DNA of 64,000 nt from NCBI RefSeq assembly GCF_988243305.1, contig NZ_OZ547136.1, one strand, 5' to 3'. Positions 21,720 through 32,727 of the stretch are shown piece after piece. How positions within the stretch are numbered: position 1 is the stretch's first letter; each line of letters opens with the position of its first letter. Position numbers and translations under genes: made by a program. The notes under the pieces were generated by a model. That model was not told the origin of the DNA. It did not search any database and worked only from the letters and a program-made list of their open reading frames with translations.

Positions 21720-23402
21720 TTACGAGACTAACATCCCAGTAAACACATACGCCTGCAACAGCGTGATAATGCCGATAACGCTGGCAAAAATCAGACTGTG
21801 CTTCACGGTGTAGCGGAACAGTTCAGATTCCCGGCCCACCATGCCCGTCGCGGCACAGGCCACGGCGATAGATTGCGGGGAGATCATCTTGCCAGTTACG
21901 CCGCCGCTGGTGTTTGCTGCCACCAGCAGAGTGTCAGAGACGTTGATTTGCTGCGCCGTGGTCGATTGCAGTGAACCAAACAGGGCGTTAGAGGAAGTGT
22001 CCGAGCCGGTAAGGAATACCCCCAGCCAGCCGAGGAATGGCGAAAAGAACGGGAACATCACGCCTGTACCTGCCAGTACCAGCGCCAGCGTGGTGGACAT
22101 ACCGGAATAGTTGGTGACGAAGGCGAACGCCAGCACCATGCCAATCGACAATATCGGCCACTTCAGACTAATTAGCGTTTCGGCAAAGACGCCAATCCCT
22201 TTCTTGATGCCCACGCCGAGGATGAAGATAGAGATAATCGCCGCAATAAAAATAGCGGTGCCGCCAGCCGAGAGAGGGTCGAATTTAAACACCGCATCCA
22301 TTGGCGTTGGTTGGGCGACAATGGGTGCCGCTTTCAACACTTGTTGATGCAAATGAGGGATCTGGAAATTAATCACCAGTGAATAAAACGCGCCGCCCGG
22401 AGCAAATAACGCTTTAAACGGCTTCATGGTCCAGATGGTGACCAGCACCGTTAAGATTAAAAACGGTGACCACGCACGAATGATTTGCCCCAGACTATAT
22501 TCTGAAGGCACGGGACCGCCAGAAGATGGTTTATTCACCACCATCGCACCTGCGGATTGTCCCATGCTGATTGCCGTTTCGGTATTTTTCGGCCGCCAGA
22601 CTTTAAGGAATAAAGCGAGTGAGACGATACTCACCAGCGCCGAAGTAATATCCGGCAGTTCCGGACCAATATAGTTAGAGGTAAAGAACTGCGTGACAGC
22701 GAAGCTTCCCCCAGCAACCAGCGCCGCTGGCCACGTCTCTTTCACCCCTTTCCAGCCGTCCATCATTGCTACCAGCCAGAACGGCACAAGAACCGACAGG
22801 AACGGTAACTGACGTCCCGCCATTGCGCCAATGTGGAACGGATCGATTCCCGTTACCTGACCGGCGACCAGAATCGGCACGCCCAACGCACCAAACGCCA
22901 CCGGCGCAGTGTTGGCAATCAGACACAGCCCCGCCGCGTATAACGGTTTGAAGCCCAGGCCCACCAGCAGCGCACCGGTAATCGCCACCGGCGCACCAAA
23001 GCCAGCCGCCCCTTCCAGCAGCGCGCCAAAGGAGAAACCAATCAGTAACACCTGCAAACGCTGATCGTCAGTGATGGAGATAACCGAGCTGCGGATAATA
23101 TCGAACTGACCGCTGGCAACGGTTAATTTATAGAGGAACACCGCCGCAACAATAATCCACGCAATAGGCCATAATCCATAAATAAAGCCATAGCCCGCAG
23201 CAGCAAATGCCATATCAATCGGCATTTTAAAGGCGAATATTGCAATCAGGATAGATAATATAAGGGTTATTGCTCCAGCGACATGTCCTTTCAGACGTAA
23301 TACCGCGAGTGCAACGAAGAAGAATATTATCGGGATCAGGGCGACCAGAGCGGATAGCCCCAGTCCTCCCATCGGCATATACATTTGGGTCCAGGTAACC
23401 AT
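21720..23402 (-). CDS. glcA: Glycolate/lactate permease GlcA
   Basis: 560-aa polytopic LctP-family permease at the end of the glc operon. Confidence 0.9.
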   Translation of the reverse strand: MVTWTQMYMPMGGLGLSALVALIPIIFFFVALAVLRLKGHVAGAITLILSILIAIFAFKMPIDMAFAAAGYGFIYGLWPIAWIIVAAVFLYKLTVASGQFDIIRSSVISITDDQRLQVLLIGFSFGALLEGAAGFGAPVAITGALLVGLGFKPLYAAGLCLIANTAPVAFGALGVPILVAGQVTGIDPFHIGAMAGRQLPFLSVLVPFWLVAMMDGWKGVKETWPAALVAGGSFAVTQFFTSNYIGPELPDITSALVSIVSLALFLKVWRPKNTETAISMGQSAGAMVVNKPSSGGPVPSEYSLGQIIRAWSPFLILTVLVTIWTMKPFKALFAPGGAFYSLVINFQIPHLHQQVLKAAPIVAQPTPMDAVFKFDPLSAGGTAIFIAAIISIFILGVGIKKGIGVFAETLISLKWPILSIGMVLAFAFVTNYSGMSTTLALVLAGTGVMFPFFSPFLGWLGVFLTGSDTSSNALFGSLQSTTAQQINVSDTLLVAANTSGGVTGKMISPQSIAVACAATGMVGRESELFRYTVKHSLIFASVIGIITLLQAYVFTGMLVS

Positions 23403-23756
23403 ATTGTTCAGTCTCTTATTATCTTTATATGCTTGATATACTTAAGGTTGTAATAAACAAAAGAGGACTGAACTGTAAAATATAGGCGTTATACTTTACA
23501 GCAACAGTACGCCGCTAACGCAATTGCTACCTCTGGCATAACAAGTATATCGGGTAAGGGTTTCTGTTCCGCACACGCAGGCGCAGAGTATCGTTAAGAT
23601 GTCCATATTGTTGTTTTAGGCCCGCTAGTAATGCGCTACGGGTATTTAATATTGTTAAACCCTGATAATCGCTCCGGTTATTTCCGGGATAAATGTACTA
23701 CCGCAGTTACTATCATAGCCCCGACAATAAAACTTGCCGGGGCTTTTTTGACGCTA

Positions 23757-25928
23757 TTAATGACTTTCTTTTTCGCGTAAACGCCAGGCGTGTAATAACG
23801 GTTCGGTATAGCCGTTTGGCTGTTTCACGCCGAGGAAGATTAAATCGCTGGCAGCTTTAAAAGCACACGAGTTAGCGAAATTCCCCGCCATCGGACGATA
23901 AGCCGGATCGCCAGCGTTTTGCTGATCAACCACTTTCGCCATATTCTCCAGCGACGCCTGCACCTGTTCTTTGGTCAGAATACCGTGACGTAACCAGTTG
24001 GCGATATGCTGGCTGGAGATACGCAACGTTGCACGGTCTTCCATCAGCGCCACATTGTGAATATCCGGCACTTTTGAACAACCAATCCCCTGCTCCACCC
24101 AACGCACCACGTAACCCAGAATCCCCTGTACGTTGTTATCCAGCTCTTGTTGGATCTCTTGTGCCGACCAGTTAGCGTTTTCAGCCACCGGAATAGTCAG
24201 CAGATCGTCCAGCAGCGGTTCAAATTCAGCATTGAACTCGCTCTGGGCAATGTTGGCTTGCACGCTCTGTACGTTGGTTTGATGGTAGTGCAGCGCATGG
24301 AGCGTAGCAGCGGTTGGTGACGGAACCCAGGCCGTGTTCGCCCCGGCACGCAGTTGGTCGCCCTTCTGGCTGTACATGTCTGCCATCAGGTCCGGCATTG
24401 CCCACATGCCTTTACCAATTTGCGCTTTACCGCGCAGCCCACAGAACAGACCGGAAAGCACGTTATTACGCTCGTAGGCTTTGATCCAAGGCGTCGATTT
24501 CATCTGATTTTTACGCAGCATCGGGCCAGCTTCCATCACCGAATGCATTTCATCGCCGGTACGGTCGAGGAAACCGGTATTGATGAACGCCACGCGGTTG
24601 CGCGCCTGAGCGATACAGCTACGCAAGTTCAGCGAGGTCCGACGTTCTTCATCCATAATGCCCATTTTCAGGGTATTCGGTGCCATACCGAGCATTGTCT
24701 CAATGCGGGTAAACAGTTTGTTGGCGAACGCCACTTCCTGCGGACCGTGCATTTTCGGTTTCACAATATAGACGCTGCCAGTGCGCGAGTTTTTCTGCAC
24801 TTTTAAATCATAGAGGGCAATCGCGCCAGTCATGACGCCATCAAGAATGCCTTCCGGGATTTCATTGCCTTCGCTGTCCCAAATCACAGGAATGGTCATC
24901 AAATGACCCACGTTGCGGATAAACAGCAGCGAGCGTCCGTGCAGAGAAATTTCAGAGCCATCGGCGGCGGTGTAATGACGATCGTCATTCAGTTTACGCA
25001 CGATTTGCCGACCGTTTTTTTCCATTTTCTCTTGCAGAGTCCCCTGCATCAGGCCCAGCAGGTTGCGGTACAGCAGGATTTTATCTTCCGCATCAACCGC
25101 CGCGACCGAATCTTCGCAGTCGAGAATGGTACTGATGGCCGCTTCGACGATAACATCGTTGATATGCGCCGGATCGTCTTTGCCAATCCGCCCGTTGGCA
25201 TCGATTTGCAGCTCAATATGCAGGCCGTTATTTTTCAGCAAAATGCAGGACGGCGCAGCGGCATTGCCACGGTAACCGACAAACTGCGCCGGGGTACGTA
25301 ACGTGGTTTCTTTACCATTTTTCAACTGGATACGTAATTGTTTGTCGACCACCTTAAACGCCACGACATCCTGATAGCTGCCGTTTTCCAGCGGTAGAGA
25401 TTCATCGAGGAAACGCCGAACCCAGGCGATAACCTGCTCACCGCGCTGCGGATCGTAGCCGCTGACCATCGCCCCTTCCTGCGGGATGATGTCGCTGCCG
25501 TATAACGCATCGTACAGTGAGCCCCAGCGAGCGTTCGCCGCGTTCAGCGCGTAGCGGGCATTCATTGCCGGAACCACCAGCTGTGGCCCCGCCTGACTGG
25601 TGATTTCGCTGTCGATGCCCGTGGTTTCCACCGTAACGTGGTCAGGCTGCGGCACGAGATAGCCCAGTTCACGCAGGAAAGATTTATAGGCCGCTTTATC
25701 TTTTACCGGCCCCGGATTGCTGCGATGCCACTCATCAAGCGCCGCCTGAATGCGATCGCGTTCTGCCAGCAACTGACGATTTTCTGGTGCCAGATCGTGA
25801 ACGATCTCATCAAAATTGCGCCAGAACGCCGCAGCGTCCAGCCCTGTTCCCGGTAAAACTTCTTCATCCACAAAACGTTTAAAATTGGCGTCAATGCGTA
25901 AACGGCCCTGGGTTATGGTTTGACTCAT
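23757..25928 (-). CDS. glcB: Malate synthase G
   Basis: 723-aa ORF, length and sequence typical of malate synthase G. Confidence 0.92.
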   Translation of the reverse strand: MSQTITQGRLRIDANFKRFVDEEVLPGTGLDAAAFWRNFDEIVHDLAPENRQLLAERDRIQAALDEWHRSNPGPVKDKAAYKSFLRELGYLVPQPDHVTVETTGIDSEITSQAGPQLVVPAMNARYALNAANARWGSLYDALYGSDIIPQEGAMVSGYDPQRGEQVIAWVRRFLDESLPLENGSYQDVVAFKVVDKQLRIQLKNGKETTLRTPAQFVGYRGNAAAPSCILLKNNGLHIELQIDANGRIGKDDPAHINDVIVEAAISTILDCEDSVAAVDAEDKILLYRNLLGLMQGTLQEKMEKNGRQIVRKLNDDRHYTAADGSEISLHGRSLLFIRNVGHLMTIPVIWDSEGNEIPEGILDGVMTGAIALYDLKVQKNSRTGSVYIVKPKMHGPQEVAFANKLFTRIETMLGMAPNTLKMGIMDEERRTSLNLRSCIAQARNRVAFINTGFLDRTGDEMHSVMEAGPMLRKNQMKSTPWIKAYERNNVLSGLFCGLRGKAQIGKGMWAMPDLMADMYSQKGDQLRAGANTAWVPSPTAATLHALHYHQTNVQSVQANIAQSEFNAEFEPLLDDLLTIPVAENANWSAQEIQQELDNNVQGILGYVVRWVEQGIGCSKVPDIHNVALMEDRATLRISSQHIANWLRHGILTKEQVQASLENMAKVVDQQNAGDPAYRPMAGNFANSCAFKAASDLIFLGVKQPNGYTEPLLHAWRLREKESH

Positions 25929-25949
25929 TGTTTATCTCCTCGTTTTCGC

Positions 25950-26354
25950 TTATTTCGCCAACACCGCTGCTGCCGCTTTCGCGACCTGCGCATCCTGTAC
26001 TCCGGTTAAACCAGAAACGCCCACGGCACCAATAATTTGCCCATCCACAACAACCGGTACGCCGCCTTCCAGCGACGTTAATAACGGCGCAGTCACGAAC
26101 GCGGTACGTCCGTTGTTCACCATCTCTTCATAGCCCTTAGTTTCACGACGCCCCAGCGCGGCGGTACGCGCTTTCTCCTGGGAGATGTAAGCCGCAATCG
26201 GCGCGCAATCGTCCATGCGACTTAACGCCAGCAGATGACCGCCGTCATCGGCAACAGCAATGGAAACAGACCAGTTATTTTTCTGCGCCTCTTCCTGACC
26301 TGCGGCAATAATTGCACTCGCCATTTGCTGGCTAAGAATGACTTTAGTTTTCAT
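25950..26354 (-). CDS. glcG: GlcG (heme-binding/DUF336 family protein)
   Basis: 134-aa protein from the internal Met; position between glcF and glcB. Confidence 0.85.
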   Translation of the reverse strand: MKTKVILSQQMASAIIAAGQEEAQKNNWSVSIAVADDGGHLLALSRMDDCAPIAAYISQEKARTAALGRRETKGYEEMVNNGRTAFVTAPLLTSLEGGVPVVVDGQIIGAVGVSGLTGVQDAQVAKAAAAVLAK

Positions 26355-26358
26355 TTTA

Positions 26359-27582
26359 TTATTCCTTTTCAAGGGCTTGTTCTACAATTTCAATCCAGTG
26401 ACGCACAGAGGTACGACCGGCGCTCGCCAGATGCGTCTGGCAACCAATGTTGGCGGTGACGATCATTTCCGGTTTGCCGCTTTCCAGCGCATTCATTTTG
26501 TTATCCCGCAGCTGGCGCGCCAGATCGGGATGCATTAACGCATATGTTCCCGCTGAACCGCAGCACAGATGGCTGTCGGGAACGTCCGTTAAGGTAAATC
26601 CAAGACGAAGTAACACTTTTTCCACTTCGCCGTTCAGCTTTTGCGCATGTTGCAGGGTACACGGGCAGTGGAAGGCCAGTTTTTTATCGCCGCGAATTGC
26701 CAGTTTTTCCAGCGGTTCCTTGCGCAGAAGTTCGACTAAATCGACCGCCAGTTCACTGACCCGACGCGCTTTATCGGCATACAACGCATCACTTTTCAGC
26801 ATCTGCCCATACTCTTTGACGAACGCGCCGCAACCGCTGGCGGTTTGCAAAATTGCCTCGGCACCTGCTTCAATTGCGGGCCACCAGGCATCAATATTAT
26901 TTCGCGCTCGCGCTAACCCTTTCTTTTGCGCATTAAGATGATAGTCCACCGCGCCACAACAGCCTGCTTCGTTAGCTGGCGTCACGCTGATCCCCAGACG
27001 ATCCAGCACTCGCGCAGTTGCCGCGTTGGTGTTGGGCGAAAGCGTAGGCTGGGCGCAGCCTTCCAGCATTAAAACCCGACGCTTATGGCGCAGCGGCGGA
27101 CGCGGTTTAGCTTTCACCGTTTCGGCAGGCAGTTTTGCTCTGACCTGCTCCGGTAAAAACGGTCGCAGCACCAGCCCTACCTGCGTCAGCGCACGGAAGA
27201 CCGCCGGACGCGGCACTACCTGGCGCAATCCTTCGCGCAGTATTCGCTCCGGCAGTGGGCGTTTCACTTTCTGCTCGACAATATCACGCCCGATATCCAG
27301 CAAATTGTGATAGCGCACACCAGAAGGACAGGTGGTTTCACAATTGCGGCAAGTGAGACAGCGATCGAGATGCTCCTGTGTTTTAAGCGTGACTTCGTTG
27401 CCTTCCAGCACCTGTTTAATCAGATAGATGCGCCCGCGCGGCCCGTCCAGTTCATCGCCCAGAAGCTGATAGGTTGGGCAGGTTGCGGTACAAAATCCGC
27501 AGTGAACACAGGCGCGCAGGATGCTGTCGGCTTCCAGCGCGCGCGCGTTCTGCCGCATCTCTTCAGTTAATTGGGTTTGCAT
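26359..27582 (-). CDS. glcF: Glycolate oxidase iron-sulfur subunit GlcF; ORF-track 470-aa form is an N-terminal over-extension
   Basis: Two ferredoxin-type cysteine clusters (CxxCxxCxxxCP) and C-terminal CCG-type cysteine motifs. Start placed at MQTQLTEEMRQN. Confidence 0.9.
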   Translation of the reverse strand: MQTQLTEEMRQNARALEADSILRACVHCGFCTATCPTYQLLGDELDGPRGRIYLIKQVLEGNEVTLKTQEHLDRCLTCRNCETTCPSGVRYHNLLDIGRDIVEQKVKRPLPERILREGLRQVVPRPAVFRALTQVGLVLRPFLPEQVRAKLPAETVKAKPRPPLRHKRRVLMLEGCAQPTLSPNTNAATARVLDRLGISVTPANEAGCCGAVDYHLNAQKKGLARARNNIDAWWPAIEAGAEAILQTASGCGAFVKEYGQMLKSDALYADKARRVSELAVDLVELLRKEPLEKLAIRGDKKLAFHCPCTLQHAQKLNGEVEKVLLRLGFTLTDVPDSHLCCGSAGTYALMHPDLARQLRDNKMNALESGKPEMIVTANIGCQTHLASAGRTSVRHWIEIVEQALEKE

Positions 27583-27592
27583 AGCCTGCTCC

Positions 27593-28645
27593 TCAAAGTT
27601 CCGCGTACATGCGACCGGGGTTAAACACGCCGCAAGGGTCGAGCTGCTGTTTAAGCTGCTGGTGATAGCGGAATAAAGGAGCCGGTAGCGGGGCAAAACC
27701 ACCATCTCCGGCACTAAAGCGGGTCGCATGACCGCCAGCGTTGCGGGCGATGCGATGGATTTGATTGTCATCGGCTGTCGATTTCAGCCAGCGTAGCGCC
27801 CCGCCCCAGTCGATCAGTTGCTCGCCGGGTAAATCTATCATCGGCGCATCGCTGGGTAAGGAAATGCGCCATAAGGTACCTGGTAACGAGAAGAACGGCA
27901 GTTGTTGTTCACGCAATTGCTGCCAGAACTGACCCGCAACCTCTTCGCCCCCCAGCAGTTCACGCGCTGCTTTTACCGATCCTTCGCCGCCCTCAAGGCG
28001 GATCCACAACGCATTGTCGAAGTAACATAAGCCACTAATGGGTAATGGCTGGAGTTGCCACTGGGCGATTTCGTTCATAGCTTCTTGCAGGCTGATTTCC
28101 CGACGCAGGCTCAGGGTGGCGCGTGGTCGCGGTAACACTTTCATCGAGATTTCAGTGAGCACACCCAGACAACCGTAGCTTCCGGCCATTAACCGTGAGA
28201 GATCGTATCCGGCAACGTTTTTCATCACTTCGCCACCAAAACGCAGATGTTTTCCAGTGCCGGTAATGATGCGCGTGCCGAGGACAAAATCGCGGACCGA
28301 ACCGCTCCACGGGCGACGCGGCCCCGCCAGCCCGCAGGCGACCATCCCGCCCCAGGTGGCTTCTTCACCATAATGTGGCGGCTCGCAGGGGAGCATTTGC
28401 CCGGCGCTCTCCAGCGCCGCTTCAATCGCCACCAGCGGCGTTCCGGCACGAGCGGTTATCACCAGCTCGGTCCGGTCGTAATTAACAATGCCGCGATGAC
28501 AACGCACATCCAGCGTTTGCCCAGTGACAGGACGACCTAAAAAGGCTTTGCTATTGCTGCCCTGAATCACCAGCGGCGTTTTATCGCTAATCGCCTGATT
28601 CACCTGCTCCAGCAGCGCCTGGCTGTAATCACACTCGCGTAGCAT
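27593..28645 (-). CDS. glcE: Glycolate oxidase FAD-binding subunit GlcE
   Basis: 350-aa FAD-binding PCMH-type protein. Confidence 0.9.
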   Translation of the reverse strand: MLRECDYSQALLEQVNQAISDKTPLVIQGSNSKAFLGRPVTGQTLDVRCHRGIVNYDRTELVITARAGTPLVAIEAALESAGQMLPCEPPHYGEEATWGGMVACGLAGPRRPWSGSVRDFVLGTRIITGTGKHLRFGGEVMKNVAGYDLSRLMAGSYGCLGVLTEISMKVLPRPRATLSLRREISLQEAMNEIAQWQLQPLPISGLCYFDNALWIRLEGGEGSVKAARELLGGEEVAGQFWQQLREQQLPFFSLPGTLWRISLPSDAPMIDLPGEQLIDWGGALRWLKSTADDNQIHRIARNAGGHATRFSAGDGGFAPLPAPLFRYHQQLKQQLDPCGVFNPGRMYAEL

Positions 28646-30144
28646 CAGAAACGCTCCAGTTCAGGGAAAGGTAAATGACCGTGATGCACATGCATGGCAC
28701 CAAATTCAGCACAGCGGTGTAGCGTGGGAATGTTTTTTCCTGGGTTCAACAAACCATCGGGATCAAACGCCGCCTTGACCGCATGGAAGGTCGTGATTTC
28801 ATCGCTGTTGAACTGAGCGCACATTTGATTGATTTTTTCTCGCCCGATGCCATGTTCCCCACTGATGCTGCCGCCAACTTCAACGCAGAGTTCGAGGATC
28901 TTCCCGCCCAGCTCTTCCGCGCGGGCAAATTCACCGGGTTCGTTGGCATCGAAAAGGATTAACGGGTGCATGTTGCCGTCTCCGGCATGAAAGACGTTGG
29001 CAACGCGTAAATCATATTGCTGCGATAAACGGGCAATGCCTTCCAGTACGCCAGGCAGGGCGCGGCGCGGGATGGTGCCATCCATGCAGTAGTAATCCGG
29101 GGAGATTCGTCCTACCGCAGGGAACGCATTTTTGCGACCGGCCCAGAAACGTACGCGCTCTGCTTCGTCCTGTGCCAGACGGACGTCAGTCGCGCCCGCT
29201 TTCAGCAAGATGTCGTTAACCCGCTCGCAGTCCTCCTGTACGTCAGACTCCACGCCGTCCAGCTCGCATAACAAAATCGCTTCGGCGTCGACGGGATAAC
29301 CGGCATGTATAAAATCTTCCGCTGCGCGGATCGACAGGTTATCCATCATCTCCAGCCCGCCGGGGATAATGCCATTGGCGATGATGTCACCAACCGCAAG
29401 TCCGGCTTTTTCTACCGAGTCAAAGCTGGCTAACAGAACCCGCGCAACGGGCGGCTTCGGCAGCAGTTTTACCGTCACTTCGGTGGTCACGCCGAGCATA
29501 CCTTCCGATCCGGTGAACAGCGCCAGCAGGTCAAAACCAGGCGAATCCAGCGCATCCGATCCCAGCGTCAGCGCCTCGCCGTCCAGAGTTTGAACTTCAA
29601 TTTTCAGCAGGTTATGTACGGTCAGACCATATTTCAGGCAGTGAACGCCACCGGCATTTTCCGCCACGTTGCCGCCAATCGAACAGGCGATTTGTGAGGA
29701 AGGATCCGGCGCGTAATAGAGATTATGCGGCGCAACGGCCTGGGAGATCGCCAGGTTACGCACGCCCGGCTGCACGCGCGCGCGGCGGCCAATGGGGTTA
29801 ATGTCGAGGATCTCTTTAAAGCGCGCCATCACCAACAACACACCTTTTTCCAGCGGCAGCGCGCCACCAGAAAGCCCGGTGCCTGCACCACGGGTCACCA
29901 CCGGTACACGCAGGCGGTGGCAGACAGCCAGAATCGCCGTCACCTGTTCCATCTGCTTTGGCAAAACAACCAGTAATGGACGCGTGCGATACGCGCTCAA
30001 CCCGTCACACTCGTAAGGAATGATCTCCTCATCGGTATGCAGGATCTCCAGTCCAGGGACATGCTCACGCAGTGCCATCAGTACCGATGTGCGGTCGACA
30101 TCGGGTAAAGCGCCATCAAGACGCTCTTCGTACAAGATGCTCAT
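28645..30144 (-). CDS. glcD: Glycolate oxidase subunit GlcD
   Basis: 499-aa FAD-linked oxidase, first gene of glcDEFGBA. Confidence 0.92.
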   Translation of the reverse strand: MSILYEERLDGALPDVDRTSVLMALREHVPGLEILHTDEEIIPYECDGLSAYRTRPLLVVLPKQMEQVTAILAVCHRLRVPVVTRGAGTGLSGGALPLEKGVLLVMARFKEILDINPIGRRARVQPGVRNLAISQAVAPHNLYYAPDPSSQIACSIGGNVAENAGGVHCLKYGLTVHNLLKIEVQTLDGEALTLGSDALDSPGFDLLALFTGSEGMLGVTTEVTVKLLPKPPVARVLLASFDSVEKAGLAVGDIIANGIIPGGLEMMDNLSIRAAEDFIHAGYPVDAEAILLCELDGVESDVQEDCERVNDILLKAGATDVRLAQDEAERVRFWAGRKNAFPAVGRISPDYYCMDGTIPRRALPGVLEGIARLSQQYDLRVANVFHAGDGNMHPLILFDANEPGEFARAEELGGKILELCVEVGGSISGEHGIGREKINQMCAQFNSDEITTFHAVKAAFDPDGLLNPGKNIPTLHRCAEFGAMHVHHGHLPFPELERF

Positions 30145-30394
30145 GAGTAGGCTTCGCTTTGTTGTGTTGTGTGGCAGCTGATTTTTGCGCGCTGCTTCTG
30201 TGAACAGTTATTAAGCGGGCTTTTCGTTTTCGTCTATCTCTTTAGCTACCGGTCAGACCATTTTTTTTCCAGCTCTGTGACCTTGTCTTGGTTAACTTAA
30301 TGTTAAATTGATGTAACATAATCACTTACGTGATGTGCGTGTTTTGCGAGTTAAGAACAGAAAAATTGGTCCTACCTGTGCACGAGGTCCGGGA
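30145..30394. promoter_or_regulatory. Divergent glcC/glcD promoter-operator region
   Basis: 250-bp intergenic region between divergent glcD and glcC. Function known from K-12; individual sites not mapped here. Confidence 0.5.
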
Positions 30395-31165
30395 ATGAAA
30401 GATGAACGTCGCCCTATTTGCGAAGTGGTTGCAGAGAGTATCGAACGGTTAATTATCGACGGCGTATTGAAGGTCGGTCAGCCGCTTCCCTCGGAACGTC
30501 GACTGTGTGAAAAGCTCGGCTTCTCACGCTCCGCACTGCGTGAAGGGCTGACTGTGCTGCGCGGGCGCGGGATTATTGAAACGGCGCAGGGTCGCGATTC
30601 TCGTGTCGCACGGCTTAATCGGGTGCAGGACACCAGCCCGCTAATTCATCTGTTCAGCACGCAGCCGCGAACGCTGTACGATCTGCTCGACGTTCGCGCA
30701 TTGCTGGAGGGTGAATCGGCAAGGCTTGCGGCAACGCTGGGAACCCAGGCTGATTTTGTTGTGATAACCCGCTGTTATGAAAAAATGCTCGCCGCCAGTG
30801 AGAACAACAAAGAGATTTCGCTGATCGAACATGCGCAGTTGGATCACGCTTTCCATCTCGCCATTTGTCAGGCTTCTCACAATCAGGTGTTGGTGTTTAC
30901 GCTGCAATCATTGACCGATCTGATGTTTAATTCAGTGTTTGCCAGCGTAAATAATCTCTACCATCGACCACAGCAAAAAAAGCAGATCGATCGCCAGCAT
31001 GCGCGGATCTACAACGCGGTGTTGCAGCGGCTGCCGCACGTCGCCCAGCGCGCAGCACGCGATCATGTGCGGACCGTGAAAAAGAATCTCCACGATATCG
31101 AGCTGGAAGGCCACCATTTGATTCGCTCGGCGGTGCCGCTGGAGATGAACAAGGTGGGAATGTGA
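30395..31165 (+). CDS. glcC: GntR-family transcriptional activator GlcC (start at MKDERRP; ORF-track start is an upstream extension)
   Basis: 254-aa protein with N-terminal GntR HTH and FadR-type C-terminal domain. Confidence 0.9.
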   Translation: MKDERRPICEVVAESIERLIIDGVLKVGQPLPSERRLCEKLGFSRSALREGLTVLRGRGIIETAQGRDSRVARLNRVQDTSPLIHLFSTQPRTLYDLLDVRALLEGESARLAATLGTQADFVVITRCYEKMLAASENNKEISLIEHAQLDHAFHLAICQASHNQVLVFTLQSLTDLMFNSVFASVNNLYHRPQQKKQIDRQHARIYNAVLQRLPHVAQRAARDHVRTVKKNLHDIELEGHHLIRSAVPLEMNKVGM

Positions 31166-31189
31166 GCCGAGTTTTCACCCTCACCCTAA

Positions 31190-31222
31190 CCCTTTCCCCG
31201 AGGGGCGAGGGATCGCCCCTGC
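31190..31222. terminator. GC-rich hairpin between convergent glcC and yghO (candidate bidirectional terminator)
   Basis: AGGGGCGA-GGGA-TCGCCCCT is a perfect 8-bp stem with a 4-nt loop, in the 75-bp convergent intergenic region. Confidence 0.4.
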
Positions 31223-31240
31223 GCTTAACAGGATCTGGTA

Positions 31241-32383
31241 TTAAATCTGCTTTTCATACAATCGGTAACGCTTGTACGGCTCCGCCCCAATGCGTTCCAG
31301 CATGTTATTCATGCCTATATTGGTTTCGAGGATCCATGACATTTCCAGCGCATCGATCTTCCGGCGGGCAAACGGATCGCGTAAGGCTTCAATCAATAAC
31401 AGCGCAATCACCGGGCCGATGCGGCTAAACTGATACTCGTCCCGCACGCCCATCAGCGGTACTCGCGCAGTTCGCACACCGCTGACTTTTAAACGCCACA
31501 GCAATTTTGCCCAGCCGAAGGGAAAGAGCGATCCGTTCAGATCGGCAATCGCCTCGTTGATGTTCGGTAAGCCGACAATAAACGCACAGGGTGCAGAATC
31601 AATCTCGGCGATGTAGATCATATCGTCCGGCACCAGGTACTTAAGCTGATCGCCCATAGTCGCGAACTCATGTTCGGTAAACGGCACAAATCCCCAGTTA
31701 TGCTGCCAGCCAGAGTTGAAAATCTCACGCAGGATCTGCATCTCTTCGGCAAACCGCTGGCGATTGATGCAGCGAATGGTCACTTTTTTGCGCACCTGAT
31801 CCATCAGTTTTTTTAGGGCCGGAGAGAAAGTGAGATCGGTTCGCTGCATCCACCACGCCAGTAAATCAATGCCTTTGTGATAACCCAATTGTTCAATATG
31901 CGCGGCATACCACGGTTTGCCGTGTGGCATCATCGCACAGGGTGGTGTATCGAAACCTTCAATCAGTAATCCGCTTTCCTGATTGATATTCAGGCTGAAA
32001 GGACCGCTGATCTTACTTGCACCTTGTGACTTCAACCACGCTTCCGCTGCGCCAAACAACGCGGCAAAAACCTGCGGATCATCAATGGCGTCAATCATGC
32101 CGAAATGACCGGTATCTTTGCCGTAACGCTCGCGGTGCAAGGTATCGATTTGCGCGGTAATACGCCCAACTATCTGCCCTGCTTTTTTTGCCACCCACGC
32201 CTGCCAGATGATATGGTCCGTCCCCGGATTTTTCGCAGACAAATGCTCGTTGCGTTCAATGAATAAAGGGGGTATCCAGTTTGGATCGTCGGGATAAAGT
32301 GATGACGGAAAAGCGATAAATGCCTTAAGGTCATTTTTATTAATTACTTTTTCAATTTTAATCATCAGCAGATCGCATTCCAT
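31241..32383 (-). CDS. yghO: YghO, GNAT-like N-acyltransferase family protein; intact here
   Basis: 380-aa ORF with a GNAT-like C-terminal region (…NIGMNNMLERIGAEPYKRYRLYEK). Transcribed divergently from the FAAL operon. Confidence 0.7.
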   Translation of the reverse strand: MECDLLMIKIEKVINKNDLKAFIAFPSSLYPDDPNWIPPLFIERNEHLSAKNPGTDHIIWQAWVAKKAGQIVGRITAQIDTLHRERYGKDTGHFGMIDAIDDPQVFAALFGAAEAWLKSQGASKISGPFSLNINQESGLLIEGFDTPPCAMMPHGKPWYAAHIEQLGYHKGIDLLAWWMQRTDLTFSPALKKLMDQVRKKVTIRCINRQRFAEEMQILREIFNSGWQHNWGFVPFTEHEFATMGDQLKYLVPDDMIYIAEIDSAPCAFIVGLPNINEAIADLNGSLFPFGWAKLLWRLKVSGVRTARVPLMGVRDEYQFSRIGPVIALLLIEALRDPFARRKIDALEMSWILETNIGMNNMLERIGAEPYKRYRLYEKQI

Positions 32384-32727
32384 AGTTCTGTGGGTAACAA
32401 ATAATTAACGGTGACAAACAGGTTGCAACAGCAACGAACGGCACCTTAATAATCAACCCAATGAATACAAACGACGAATAAATAGCATTTATTAATGATT
32501 ACGATAAGGTCAGAGACTACACAGAAGCGCCACAATGCCTTTTGTCGATTTAAGGCGACCGGACAAGGCTTCTTCTTAATACATTCATAAATTAAATATC
32601 ATTCACAATAAAAACAAAAAAACTCAAACTCATTATTTAAATCAATGTTCATTTTCACACTAATGAAAATACTATCTCATTTATCTTTTATGCCTATATA
32701 ATCCACCGCATTATTGTCATTTTATTT
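32384..32727. promoter_or_regulatory. AT-rich divergent promoter region between yghO and the FAAL operon
   Basis: About 340 bp of AT-rich non-coding sequence between divergently oriented genes. Confidence 0.4.

Noticed and set aside
23722..23750. Hairpin AGCCCCG...CGGGGCT followed by a T-tract, as a glcB terminator
   Set aside because: The T-tract is on the plus strand, opposite to glcB transcription. It may be a plus-strand or bidirectional terminator, but no plus-strand gene precedes it, so its function is unclear.
26359..27771. 470-aa form of glcF; similar N-terminal extensions for metC (440 aa), glcC (276 aa), pppA (301 aa), hybD, hybE and hybF
   Set aside because: The ORF track begins at the first in-frame start. 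Conserved N-termini (for example MQTQLTEEMRQN for Glc[10 protein letters not shown] for MetC) and overlap with upstream genes indicate later starts.
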